Positions 32,335-47,645 of a DNA stretch of 64,000 bases are shown in pieces; position 1 is the stretch's first letter; each line of letters begins with the position of its first letter. Position numbers and translations under genes: made by a program. Below the pieces are notes generated by a model that ran no database searches, was not told the origin of the DNA, and saw only the letters and a program-made list of their open reading frames with translations. The stretch comes from the human T2T-CHM13v2.0 reference genome, Homo sapiens: assembly GCF_009914755.1 (NCBI RefSeq), contig NC_060929.1, one strand, 5' to 3'.

Positions 32335-32707
32335 AAGTACCACAGACTATGTGGCTTGAACACCAGAAACTTATGTTCTCAAAGGCTAAAAGTTCAAGAT
32401 CAAGGTGTTGGCAGGGTTGGTTCCTTCTGAAAACTGACCCTGACTTGCAGATGATGATCTTTTTTCTGTCTTCACATCATCTATCTTTTGTACTTGTCTG
32501 TGTCCAAATTTCTTCTTATTCTAAGGACACCTGTCATAATGCATTAGGGCCCCGCCTAATGACCTTATTTTTACATAATCAGTCCTCTAAAGACCCTATG
32601 TCCCAATACTATCACATTCTCAGATATTAGGGAGTTAGGACTTCAATATATAATTTGTGTAAAAATAATTACAGTTTTACCATTTAAAGTAATGGCAAAA
32701 ACTGAGT

Positions 32708-33236
<529 letters not shown>

Positions 33237-33267
33237 CTAGAATAAACCCAATGTTTAGAGCCACTGC

Positions 33268-33605
33268 TGTGGCAACATGGATGCAGCTGGAAACCATTAT
33301 CCTAAGCAAACTAATGAAGATACAGAAAAGCAAATAGCACATGTTCGCACTTACCAGTGGGAGCTAAACACTGGGTATACATAGACATAAAGATAGGAAC
33401 AACAGACACTGAGGAATATAAGAACAGGAAGGGAGAGAAGGGGGTAAGAGCTGAAAAACCATCTATTGGGTACTGTGCTCACTGCCTGGGTGACGAGATC
33501 ATTTATACCTCAACCCTCAGTGACATACAATATACCCATGCAACAAACGTGCACTTGTACCCCCTGAAACTAAAATAAAAGTTGGAAAAAATAAAAATAT
33601 AAATA
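33268..33605 (+). mobile_element. L1PB-type 3' end
   Basis: GCAACATGGATGCAGCTGGAAACCATTATCCTAAG...GTGCACTTGTACCCCCTGAAACTAAAATAAAAGTTGG. Confidence 0.85.
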
Positions 33606-34766
33606 TGAAAACGTAGACCGACTCACCAAATGGTGAATGCTAAAGATAGAATAGGCCTTAAGATTAGAAGTTCTTGCTTTTCGTTTTATGGATTAAAAAA
33701 AGGCCTAAAGTCCAACAGCTTTTCACAGCAGAATGATGAGTAGCACTACACTTTCCTGTCACAATCCGGGAGGGCAGAACATTCCAGATCTTCTTCATTG
33801 TTCATCCTGAGAGCTGAAAACAGTGATGGATGCTCTATCAGTATAGGTCATCAAATGAATGAATGAATGAATCCAGTGTTATTTTCCCCAAAGTACCCTT
33901 CCTCATGTCATCAGAAGAGATTATTTTCAAGTTGTGAGAGTGATTATGCAATGAGGATTCTGAAAAAATAAACTCTTCTCGTGAGTGGCAGGATGGGCTT
34001 AGTGGAAGGTAGGAGGTATTTCTTCTTGGGAACTCTATTTCATTTTCTTAGAGATGTGTTCCTCTGTAAAGATAGACAAGAAAAGTTCCCTTGATCAGAA
34101 TCACCAGAAGGGAATTTTTGCTCTTCTCCCCAAATTTCTCAGTCCATGTCTGCCATCTCGTGCCTCTGGCTTGATAAACAATGTGTAACCATATATCTAA
34201 CTAAACAATAATATAACGTGCATGGCTTTGTCCAGGGCCTGGGGAAGGCTCCTAATCCTATCTTCTCTATTACTGAGGTGGGGGAACAATTTGTAGCTTA
34301 GCTACTGAACATGCCTAATAGGTGAAGAAATGAATTTCCAGTAGTCCCTGCCACTAATCATTTTGAGGCAGCTGAGGATGGAGATTAGGAGCGACTGGGG
34401 AAAGGGATATAGAATAAGAGCTCCTTGCCACACAGTGGCTTGTATCACTACGCTTACACCTGAAAAGGGTGAACTTACTATTCTTACCAGTTTGATTCAG
34501 AAGGGACGGGTTCTCCAATCTTTTCTTTTTAATATAATAAATTGAATTTCTTTCTTTTTTTTTTATTATACTTTAAGTTCTAGGGTACATGTGCACAACG
34601 TGCAGGTTTGTTACATACGTGTACATGTGCCATGTTGGTGTGCTGCACCCATTAACTCGTCATTTACATTAGGTATATCTCCTAATGCTATCCCTCCCCC
34701 AACCCCAACCCCACAACAGGCCCCATTGTGTGATGTTTCCTTCCTGTGTCCAAGTGGTCTCATTGT

Positions 34767-38580
<3,814 letters not shown>

Positions 38581-38643
38581 TATGATGTTAGCTGGTTATT
38601 TTGCTCGTTAGTTGATGCGGTTTCTTCTTAGCATCCATGGTCT

Positions 38644-39660
38644 TTACAATTTGGCATGTTTTTGCTGTGGCTGGTACTGGTTGTTCCTTTCCATGTTTAG
38701 TGCTTCCTTCAGGAGCTCTTTTAGGGCAGGCCTGGTGGTGACAAAATCTCTCAGCATTTGCTTGTCTGTAAAGGATATTATTTCTCCTTTATTTATGAAG
38801 CTTAGTTTGGCTGGATATGAAATTCTGGGTTGAAAATTCTTTTCTTTAAGAATGTTGAATATTGGCCCCCACTCTCTTCTGGCTTGCAGATTTTCTGCTG
38901 AGAGATCAGCTGTTAGTCTGATGGGCTTCCCTTTGACGGTAACCCGACCTTTCTCTCTGGCTGCTCTTAACATTTTTTCCTTCATTTCAACTTTGGTGAA
39001 TCTGACAATTATATGTCTTGGAATTGCTCTTCTCGAGGAGTATCTTTGTGGCATTCTCTGTATTTCCTGAATTTGAATGTTGGCCTGCCTTGCTAGGTTT
39101 GGGAAGTTCTCTTGGATAATAACCTTCAGAGTGTTTTCTAACTTGGTTCCATTCTCCCTGTCACTTTCAGGTACACCAATCAGACGTAAATTTGGTCTTT
39201 TCACATAGTCTTATATTTCTTGGAGGCTTTGTTCATTTCTTTTTACTCTTTTTTCTCTAAACTTCTCTTCTCACTTCATTTCATTCATCTGATCTTCCGT
39301 CGCTGAAACCCTTTCTTCCAGTTGATCGAATCGGCTACTGAGGATTGTGCATTCATCACATAGTTCTCGTGCCATGGTTTTCAGCTCCATCAGGTCATTT
39401 AAGGACTTCTCTACATTGATTATTCTAGTTAGCCATTCATCTAATCTTTTTTCAATGTTTTTAACTTCTTTGCCGTGGGTTCAAACTTCCTCCTTTAGCT
39501 CGGAGAAGTTTGATCGTCTGAAGCCTTCTTCTCTCAACTCGTCAAAGTCATTCTCCGTCCAGCTTTGTTCTGTTGCTGGCGAGGAGCTGCGTTCCTTTGC
39601 AGGGGGAGAGGCGCTCTGATTTTTAGAATTTTCAGCTTTTCTACTCTTTTTTTCCCCCAT
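38644..39660 (-). pseudogene. L1 ORF1, full span but with premature stop
   Basis: ATGGGGGAAAAA start at 39660, 1017-nt span. TAA at 39211-39213 replaces Trp in EIWDYVKRPN. C-terminal portion is open at 38644-39204. Confidence 0.9.
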
Positions 39661-40685
39661 CTTTGTGGTTTTATCTACCTTTGGTCTTTGATAATGATGA
39701 CGTATAAATGGGGTTTTGGTGTTGATGTCCTTTCTGTTTGTTAGTTTTCCTTCTAACAGTCAGGACCCTCAGCTGCAGTCTATTTGAGTTTGCTGGAGGT
39801 CCACTCCAGACCCTGTTTGCCTGGGTATCAGCAGCGGAGGCTGCAGAACAGCAAAAATTGCTGAACAGCAAATGTTGCTGCCTAATTGTTCCTCTGGAAG
39901 TTTCGTCTCAGAGTGGTACCTGGCCGTGTGAAGTGTCAGTCTGCCCCTACTTGGGGATGCCTCCCAGTTAGGCTACTCAGGTGTCAGAGACCCAGTGGAG
40001 GAGGCAGTCTTTCTCTTCTCAGATCTCAAACTCCATGCTGGGAGAACGACTACTCTATTCAAAGCTGTCAGACAGGGACATTTAAGTCTGCAGAGGTTTC
40101 TGCTGCCTATTGTTCAGCTATGCCCTGCCCCCAGAGGTGGAGTCTACAGAGGCAGGCAGGCCTCCTTGAGCTGCTGTGGTCTCCAACCAGTTTGAGCTTC
40201 CCAGCCGCTTTGTTTACCTACTCAAGCCTCAGCAATGGCAGGCGCTCCTCCCCCAGCCTCGCTGCCACCTTGCAGTTTGATCTCAGACTGCCGTGCTAGC
40301 AATGACCGAGGCTCTGTGGGTGTAGGACCCTCTGAGCCAGGCGCATGATATAATCTCCTGGTGTGCCATTTGCTAAGACCATTGGAAAAGTGCAGTATTT
40401 GGATGGGAGTGACCCGATTTTCTAGGTGCCACCTGTTACAGCTTTGCTTGGCTAGGAAAGGGAATTCCCTGACCCCTTGCACTTCCTGGGTGAGGCGATG
40501 CCTTGCCCTGCTTCAGCTCATGCTCAGTGCACTGCACCCACTGTCCTGCACCCACTGTCCGACAAGCCCGAGTGAGATGAACCCAGTACCTCAGTTGGAA
40601 ATGCAGAAATCACCCATCTTCTGTGTCACTTATGCTGGGAGCTGTAGACTGGAGCTGTTCCTATTTGGCCATCTTGGAACTACCC
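39661..40685 (-). promoter_or_regulatory. L1 5' UTR: internal sense promoter, YY1 site (40667-40676), antisense promoter/ORF0 region
   Basis: GGCCATCTTG on the plus strand. ORF0-like ATGGCAGGCGCTCCTCCCCCAGCC at 40235. Activity cannot be inferred from sequence. Confidence 0.8.
40235..40348 (+). pseudogene. L1 ORF0 (antisense), truncated at 37 aa
   Basis: Translates MAGAPPPASLPPCSLISDCRASNDRGSVGVGPSEPGA*, matching the known ORF0 N-terminus. Confidence 0.85.
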
Positions 40686-41338
40686 CGGTTTCCCCAATCT
40701 TGTAATTTAGGTCTTCCCATCTCTATCCCACTGAATTTCACCAAGAACATGGAGACTAACCATACTCACACAGAGACATCTGTCTTGGCCTGGTGGCCAC
40801 AGTTACCATCCAGGGCATGTAACAGGCAGGTGGCCTTGGGGCTCTGAGGAGGTTGTAAGAACTCACTTTGTGGCAGTATGTGCCTTCCTCTTGCCCCTTC
40901 ATGTGCAATTTTAAATGTCAGAAGCAGCAATAATTTGCTGTCAACAAACATCCCACACAGCTTTTGAACATAAGAAATAGATTACAGAGTTTTACAAAAG
41001 CAGGGATGTGTCAGCTGTAAATCTCAGCTACCACAGCATATGTACCAGAGTCGAGGATTTTGCAAGACACATGGCTACCTTTCTGAGAAGTTAGTGAATG
41101 GCTCTAACCAGGCACTGTGACCTTGCTGCATCAAGACCACAGCAGAGTGAGGGAGCTTTTCCTAGAGGGTTTAAAGCCCTTTTCATTTTTAATAAACCAC
41201 ACCTCAGTTTTCATCCCAGTGTCCTGCACACACACATTTTCCTTTGCCCTGTATGAACTTACCCCTTGGAGGCTTGAGGCCCTCTGGGATATGGGAGCAG
41301 CTTCCTTACTCGGGTGCCTCCCATCCATCTCTTTAACT

Positions 41339-41563
41339 TAGTGGTTCCCAACCAAGGGTAATTTTGCACCTGCGTTCCCCAGAAGATACTTGGTAATGTC
41401 TGGAGACTTGGTAATGTCTGGAGCAAACCCACAGCTGGAGGTTTGCTACTGGCATTAAGAGGGTAGAGATCAAGGATGCTGCTAAACACCCTGCACAGGA
41501 CAGCCCCACAACAAAGAATTGTCTGGCCCAATGCATTAATAGTGCCAAGCTTATGAAACTGTG
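41339..41563 (+). mobile_element. MER20 hAT-Charlie MITE with internal duplication
   Basis: AGTGGTTCCCAACC...GGTAATGTCTGGAG...TGCTACTGGCAT...GGATGCTGCTAAACA...CAGCCCCACAACAAAGAATT. Confidence 0.9.
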
Positions 41564-41589
41564 CCATCAGCAAGGACAGCCTCTTGGTC

Positions 41590-42090
41590 CACTGTTCATG
41601 GTCTATAATTCCATTCTGTTCTCCTCCACATCTGCTGTTTTGGAAGAGGAGTTCCCCTCCCTCATTATCCACCTTCTTGAACAACCACTTTCTGCCTCCA
41701 GAGCTTTGTTCCCTCCAACATTTCCCTTTCTCTTACATCCTGTATCATTCCTCCTCCAAGTCCTTGTTTTTTCTTTGTCTGTACATACGAACAAGGTTTT
41801 CCTAACTTAGAAACCCACAAAATTGATGTTAAGTTACTGGTGATTTTAAAAACCTTCTCTGAACCCTTTGAATACACCCTCTTTCTTTTCAACTGGAAAA
41901 TTCCTCCTGTTAGTGGAAGTGTCATTGTTCCCTCTGTCCCTCCACTCCCACCCACCCGTTTTTTGTGCTGCTGCTTGTCCCTCGATCTCTTAAGTGGCCT
42001 TAGCTTACACTGCAGGCTTCTTGAGACATTCAGCGTGGTTGACCACTTGCTCTTTCATAAAGCTCTCCCCTTCCTTGGCTGCTATGTGTG
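41590..42090 (+). mobile_element. Highly diverged L2-like fragment
   Basis: Pyrimidine-rich text ending CATTCAGCGTGGTTGACCACTTGCTCTTTCATAAAGCTCTCCCCTTCCTTGGCT, similar to the L2 RT region. Confidence 0.45.
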
Positions 42091-43504
42091 CATTCAACTA
42101 CTTTAAAGCTGTTCTGCTGTCTCTCTTTGATAATCATTAACTGACAATACAATGATAACATTTAGAAGGTTTTTTTTTTTTTAACGAAGTTTTCTTGCCA
42201 CATGGTGTTGATAACACAACTCCTAGCATCTGATGTGTGAATAGTGAATTGGCAATAGAGTTCGGGTATCACTAAAAATCTCTTTGAACATCTTTACAAA
42301 TCACAAACTGCCATCCATCCTGCCTTTGAGCTTCAATTTCTACAACAAAATGCTGAGGTGAAAGTTGATTGTGGCAGCCTCTCTGTCTTTGACAGCTCCA
42401 CTCCTTCCTCCCATGTGGTTGGCTCAGACTACACTGCCCCTGAGTTTTTGCTGACTAGCGTAGCTCCAATTTTTACTTTTGTATTTTTGCTTAACCTGTA
42501 TCTATATACCCAACCATGTCTTTTCTCTTAGGATCATAGAACACATCTATATTCTCCTCTGAACTTACCGGTTTGATAAAGAAGGGAGGGATTCTCCCTT
42601 GAAATTATCTCATCTGACTAAACATTTGGTGTGAACTTTGGATTGTCACTGGCCTTTACAGCAGGGGTGGCCAGAGAGGTCTGCCCATTTGATCGATTCC
42701 TGCTGAGGTATGACTGCCAGGCTTTATGGAGTGCTCTTCAATCCCTCCAGGTGCTTTTCATTTTCAGAGATCTTCAGAAGCACCTTCCCTTCCTTTCTGA
42801 TCCTTTGCTATTTGACAGTTTCTCTCAGAACTTCTGCATCTCCTTGCAGACTCCGTAGACTACATCTTGGGCTCCTTTGCACCTCTTGCAAGCTGTGGTG
42901 GACTGAAATATTCTTGCACCGTCTTTCTTTCTGCTGTCTTCTCCAGTGCTGTCACTGCTGTACTATGTTTGTGTTGGTGTTTGTGTGGACAGGCTGAGGT
43001 TTCTCTGAAGGGTCACAGTTTACTCTTCACTGGGACTAGAAAGGCAGTTCAGTGTCTTTCAATGTCACTCTTCTAATGTTTCTAAAGCTTCCTTTCTGTC
43101 TACCTCCCTGTTGTATGCCCCTCTCTTCAAGTTTCCAGCACAGAATGGAGATGGGGAGGTTGAAATCTAGGCATCTTACTTCATTCTTGATTTTACTCTC
43201 TTCCCCACCCCCAACATCGCTCAGATTAGAAAAAGTGAGCTTCAGGGTTTTCTTTCTTTGTGTTTGTGCCTAACCTGGCATGGAGTAAGTGCAATAACCT
43301 TCACAGCCACCCTGGAGGTTGGGTTGATCCAGGCTATTCTAGCCCTTGGTGATTGAATACTTTCTTTTATGAATGCCTATAACACTTTGGGTCCATAATA
43401 CTCAAAGATAATACATCATTGTATTGTTAATTATATCATTATGTCCACATCCTACCTCTAAACTTAGTCGCAAGAACTTTAAAGGTTGTAGCCTCTGTCT
43501 ATAG

Positions 43505-44366
43505 TGTCATGGAAAGATATTTGGTCTTCGTCCTTAGTTTCTAGCATAGAGCTCCTAAAGTGCTTGGAATTTCCTGAGTGGTAAGTGTGGTAAGAGTGTC
43601 TCTTGTTCTAATGAAGTGACTCTTGGTAGGCCCCTAGATAGTTTCAGGATGAAGACTGGTTGCCAGAAAGACCAAGACGTGATTAGAGGGTTGGGACTTT
43701 CAGACCCACCTCCAATCTCCCAGAAGGGGAGAGGAGCTGGAGACTGAGTTAATTGCCCATAGCTAATGATTTATTTAGTCATACCTAGGTAATGAAGTCC
43801 CTATAAAAAGTCCTAAATGCTGGGGGTTCAGGAGCTTTCAGGTTGGTGAACACATCGATGTGCTAGAGGGTTGCATACCCAGAAAGAGCATGGAAGCTCC
43901 ACCTACAGCTCCCCACCCCCTATACCTTGTCCTATGCATCTCCTCCATTTGGCTATTCCTGTATTGTATCCTTTTTCATAAACTGGTAGATGTAAGTAAA
44001 GTGTGTTCCTGAGTTCTGTGATCCTTTCTAGTAAATTATTGAACCTGAGGAGGGGGCCATGGAAATGCCTGATTTATAGCTGGGTGCTCAGGGGTTCAAG
44101 AGACCTGGAACTTGAGGCTGGCATCCGAAATGGGGGAGGGAAGTCATGTGGGACTGAGCCAGTAACCTGGTAACCTGTGGTGTCTGCACCGACTCTAGGT
44201 AGGTAGTGTCAGAATGGGATAGAATTTTTGAATACCCGGTTTGTGCCTGGAGAATCAGAGAATCGGTTCCTCTGAGGAAAAAAATAACCAAAACCAAAAC
44301 CAAAAGATCTCTCTCATTTGGTATTAAGAGGGCAGGAAGGTTGTGAGTAAAAACAGCTCACTGTCA
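43505..44366 (+). mobile_element. MER21-type solo LTR
   Basis: TG...CA termini and perfect 5-bp TSD TATAG (43500-43504, 44367-44371). MER21 motifs TATTTGGTCTT...AGAGCTCCTAAA...GGAATTTCCTGAGTG and GATTAGAGGGTTGGGACTTTCAG. TATAAAAA at 43802. Confidence 0.9.
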
Positions 44367-45574
44367 TATAGGTTTTACATTCCCAAGGCCTAGAAGTATG
44401 CCATGCCTTTCAGTAGTTTGAATAGACTCTCTGCTAGTGTGAGAGAACATGCTTTGAATCGCTGAGGGCAAGTTAGGGGAAGAACATTGTAGTCATTTTG
44501 AGTTGAAACTGAAGAAAAGAATCAGAAACTACTGGTCAAACGTTCTTCCCACATGGCATTCTTTCCCCCATGTTACTGAAGCCTCCTGCATTTCAAGTCA
44601 ACATGCCTACCTATCTCAATTCCTCAGTAAATGGAGACCATGGAGCCTCAGATCATCATAGTATTCTCAGGTTCATTTGGCTTATGCAGACCATAGATGA
44701 GAGACTGGACCTCGATTTTGGGGGTCTCTAAATGTGATGTAGAAGAGGGGAAAAAGGGGAGGTAGTAGATGTCCTACTAAAGGGTAAGTAATGATCCCAA
44801 GCCATGATTATGAGTAAAACTCTATCTGATCTTTTCAGCCGGACCCACCGTCTTCTAGTAATTCACCAAAATGATGAACACAAAGGGAAAGAGGAGGCAC
44901 GCAGTATGTGTGCTCTAGGCCTTTTAGAAAACACGGAGTTGCTCCTTTGGGCATGTATATGTGAATCTATGAGAAAGATGATATTGCAGACATCAAAGGA
45001 ATGGGTACTTTTTGAAAAGGAATGCCCCACGAGTGTTATTACGGCAGAACTGGAAGGGTCTACAGTGTTCCCCAGCATGCTGTTGGCATTGTTGTAAACA
45101 AGTTAAGGGCAAGATTCTTGCCCAGAGAATAAATGGGTGTACTGAACACATTAAGCACTCTAAGAGCTGAGATAACTTCTTGAAATGTGTGAAGGAAAAT
45201 GAGCATAAAAAGGAAGAAGCCAAAGAGAAAGGGACCTGGGTTCCACTGAAGGACCAGCCAGCTCCACCCAGAGAAGCACACTCTGTGAGAACCAATGGGA
45301 AGGAGCCTGAGCTGCTGGAACCTATTCCCTATGAGTTCATGGCATAATCGGAGTTAAAAAAAATAAAAGACCTCTGGACCGTAAAAATGTTACTCTTCAT
45401 TGAGTAGAAGTGAAGTGTCCTCTCCCCCAAAGAAATATTTAAAGCAAATTTTAATTGTGTCCTAATTCATTATGTAATGTATTTACTATTCAAATTTAAT
45501 ATATTTCTTGCTGAAAGATGTGAGGTGTTTTACTGTGCAACAAATTACCCAACTGGTTAGAAAATGGCCAGATA

Positions 45575-45871
45575 GGCCGGGCGTGGTGGCTCACGCCTGT
45601 AATCCAGCACTTTGGGAGGCTGAGGCAGGTGGATCACAAGGTCAGGAGCTGGAGACCAGCCTGACCAACATGGTGAAACTCAGTCTCTACTAAAAATACA
45701 AAAATTAACCAGGTGTGGTGGTGCGTGCCTGTAATCCCACCTACTCAGGAGACCGAGGCAGGAGAATCGTTTGAACCCCGGAGGCGGAGGTTGCAGTGAG
45801 CCGAGATCATGCCACTGCACTCTAGCATGGGACAGAGTGAGACTCCGTCTCAAAAAAAAAAAAAAAAAAAA
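45575..45871 (+). mobile_element. Alu, AluS (Sg-like)
   Basis: TSD GAAAA(T/C)GGCCAGATA at 45560-45574 and 45876-45890. Confidence 0.93.
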
Positions 45872-46649
45872 GGGGGAAAACGGCCAGATATTATTTATGA
45901 AATATTTCTACTGGCTTGAAGATAGTCCCACTAAATCATCATGGAAGAAATAAAATAATTTACAAAAAAACTCAATCTGATATGGTAATTTACAATGAAA
46001 CGCATCATTTGAAGATGATTACTGCTGTACACCTATTTTATATCCCTAGTTTATGATAAAACCCTTTTTAAAAGTTGTCGGCTAGTGATGCGTTCAGAAA
46101 CCTACTCACTCCCTCCTCTCCAGGCTCTGAGTGCATTGCAGTGAAGACATAATACCCAGCATCTGATGTGTGTCTAATAAATTAGCAGTGAGCTGGATGT
46201 CACTTGAAATCTCCTCCCATGGGAACCAAGTGAGCCACAGATTATCTCCACCATTCGTTTATCATTCATATACTTTGCTTTCATTTTCCAAAGAGTAAAA
46301 TGTGGAGATAAGTAGTCCTATCTGTTTACTGGGACACGGAAGACAAATATTCCCTCTTTTTTTCTCCTTGCTTCTACCACACAGCTATATGTTTCCATGA
46401 GGTCTCTCTAGCTAATTCAGCAGAAATTTCATGGATGAAAGGAAGGTAGGTAAATAAAGGTAACTGGATTTAGAATAAGTAATTGCATTTCACTGACTCC
46501 TCAGAGTCCCCCTCTGTCTATTGGATCCAAATGGAATATACACTATGAATTCATTAGCAACTCCACATGGTGGCCACCTGTTGCAGATACAGCAATTGGC
46601 TCACTCAACTCCATTCCAACCCCCATGTAACAGATTTTGCATCAGGCGG

Positions 46650-47171
46650 TGCTGTGGTTTCCAGAACAGCCGCTTCAGCATCATCTAAGCACTTGTTAGA
46701 CACCTAAGTATTTCTTCAAATTCTTAGGCTCCACACCTACTGGATCAGAAATTCTAGGTGTGGGACTTAGCAATCTGTGTTTTAACAAACTCTCCAACAC
46801 ACCACAGTTGGAGAACTGCTGTCCATCTTTGTAGCTCAAAGTGTAATCTGCATCAGCATCGGCACTGCCTGAGAGCTTGTTAAAAATGCATAATCTTGGG
46901 TCCTAACTTGCACCAACCAAAAAATGCAGATTCTGCATTTTTACAAAATACCAGGGTCATTCATGAATACAATAAATTTGGAGAAGCCATGCCTTGCATC
47001 TCTGGTTTAGCACTGGCTACACATGAGATTCACCTGCAGTGTTTTTTAAAAAGCAAATATACTGAATCCCCAGTGATTTCGATATGCTTGTTATGAGGTA
47101 TAGCCTCAGTGTTTGGATTCTGAAAGCTCCCCAGGAAGTTCTAATTTACAGCAAAGTTTGAGAACCACTCA
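46650..47171. mobile_element. Cluster of about three MER5-type hAT-Charlie MITE fragments
   Basis: CAGCATCATCTAAGCACTTGTTAGA...CCTACTGGATCAGAAATTCTAGG...AATCTGTGTTTTAACAA; GAGAGCTTGTTAAAAATGCA...TCTGCATTTTTACAA; AAAGCTCCCCAGGAAGTTCTAAT...AAAGTTTGAGAACCACT. Confidence 0.75.
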
Positions 47172-47174
47172 CAT

Positions 47175-47645
47175 GTCATGCTAAAGACCAGGAACTAAAT
47201 ATAATATTTTCCAGCTAACTTAGGTCTTCCTTCAAGTATATGTATCTGAGCATGATTTGCAAAGCATACATGAAGAAGAGTATGACACCAGTCATGGTTT
47301 TTCTGAAGCAGCATTTCAGGGGTGCCAAGCTTCATCTCCAGCTTCACAGGCATCAAGAGGTGGGGCATTGGTTGTTCTGGGGTGGATCTCAGCAGAGGAG
47401 TGGTGGAACTAGATCTTGAAGTTGGGAAAGAGGTTCAATGATTTCCTGAGTCCCTGATGACATGACAATGGAGATAGCAGTTCTCCTGGTGGGCAGGTTC
47501 GGCTGTGTTTTTCTACAAGTCATCCATGCAGTCAGCCCAGAGCCCTCCTACCCATTTTGTTAGCATTTAATTTCTTTTAAATACTTTGCCTCTTAAAACA
47601 GCTAGAGTGATTTTGCTATCTGCACTGAACTCTGCCTGATCCATC
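47175..47645 (+). mobile_element. Ancient ERVL LTR-like relic (LTR33/LTR16-like)
   Basis: TGCTAAAGACCAGGAACTA... and 3' end TTAAAACAGCTAGAGTGATTTTGCTATCTGCACTGAACTCTGCCTGAT. A possible 5' part lies at about 46580-46650. Confidence 0.45.

Noticed and set aside
40532-40560. Direct repeat TGCACCCACTGTCC x2
   Set aside because: A normal feature of L1PA 5' UTR consensus.
42631-43076. Coding-looking stretch with overlapping ORFs
   Set aside because: The minus-strand frames I translated hit stops and I recognise no protein. It may be an ancient repeat but I cannot support a call.
44804-45097. 97-aa ORF in unique sequence
   Set aside because: No recognisable domain or exon chain. Length is compatible with chance.
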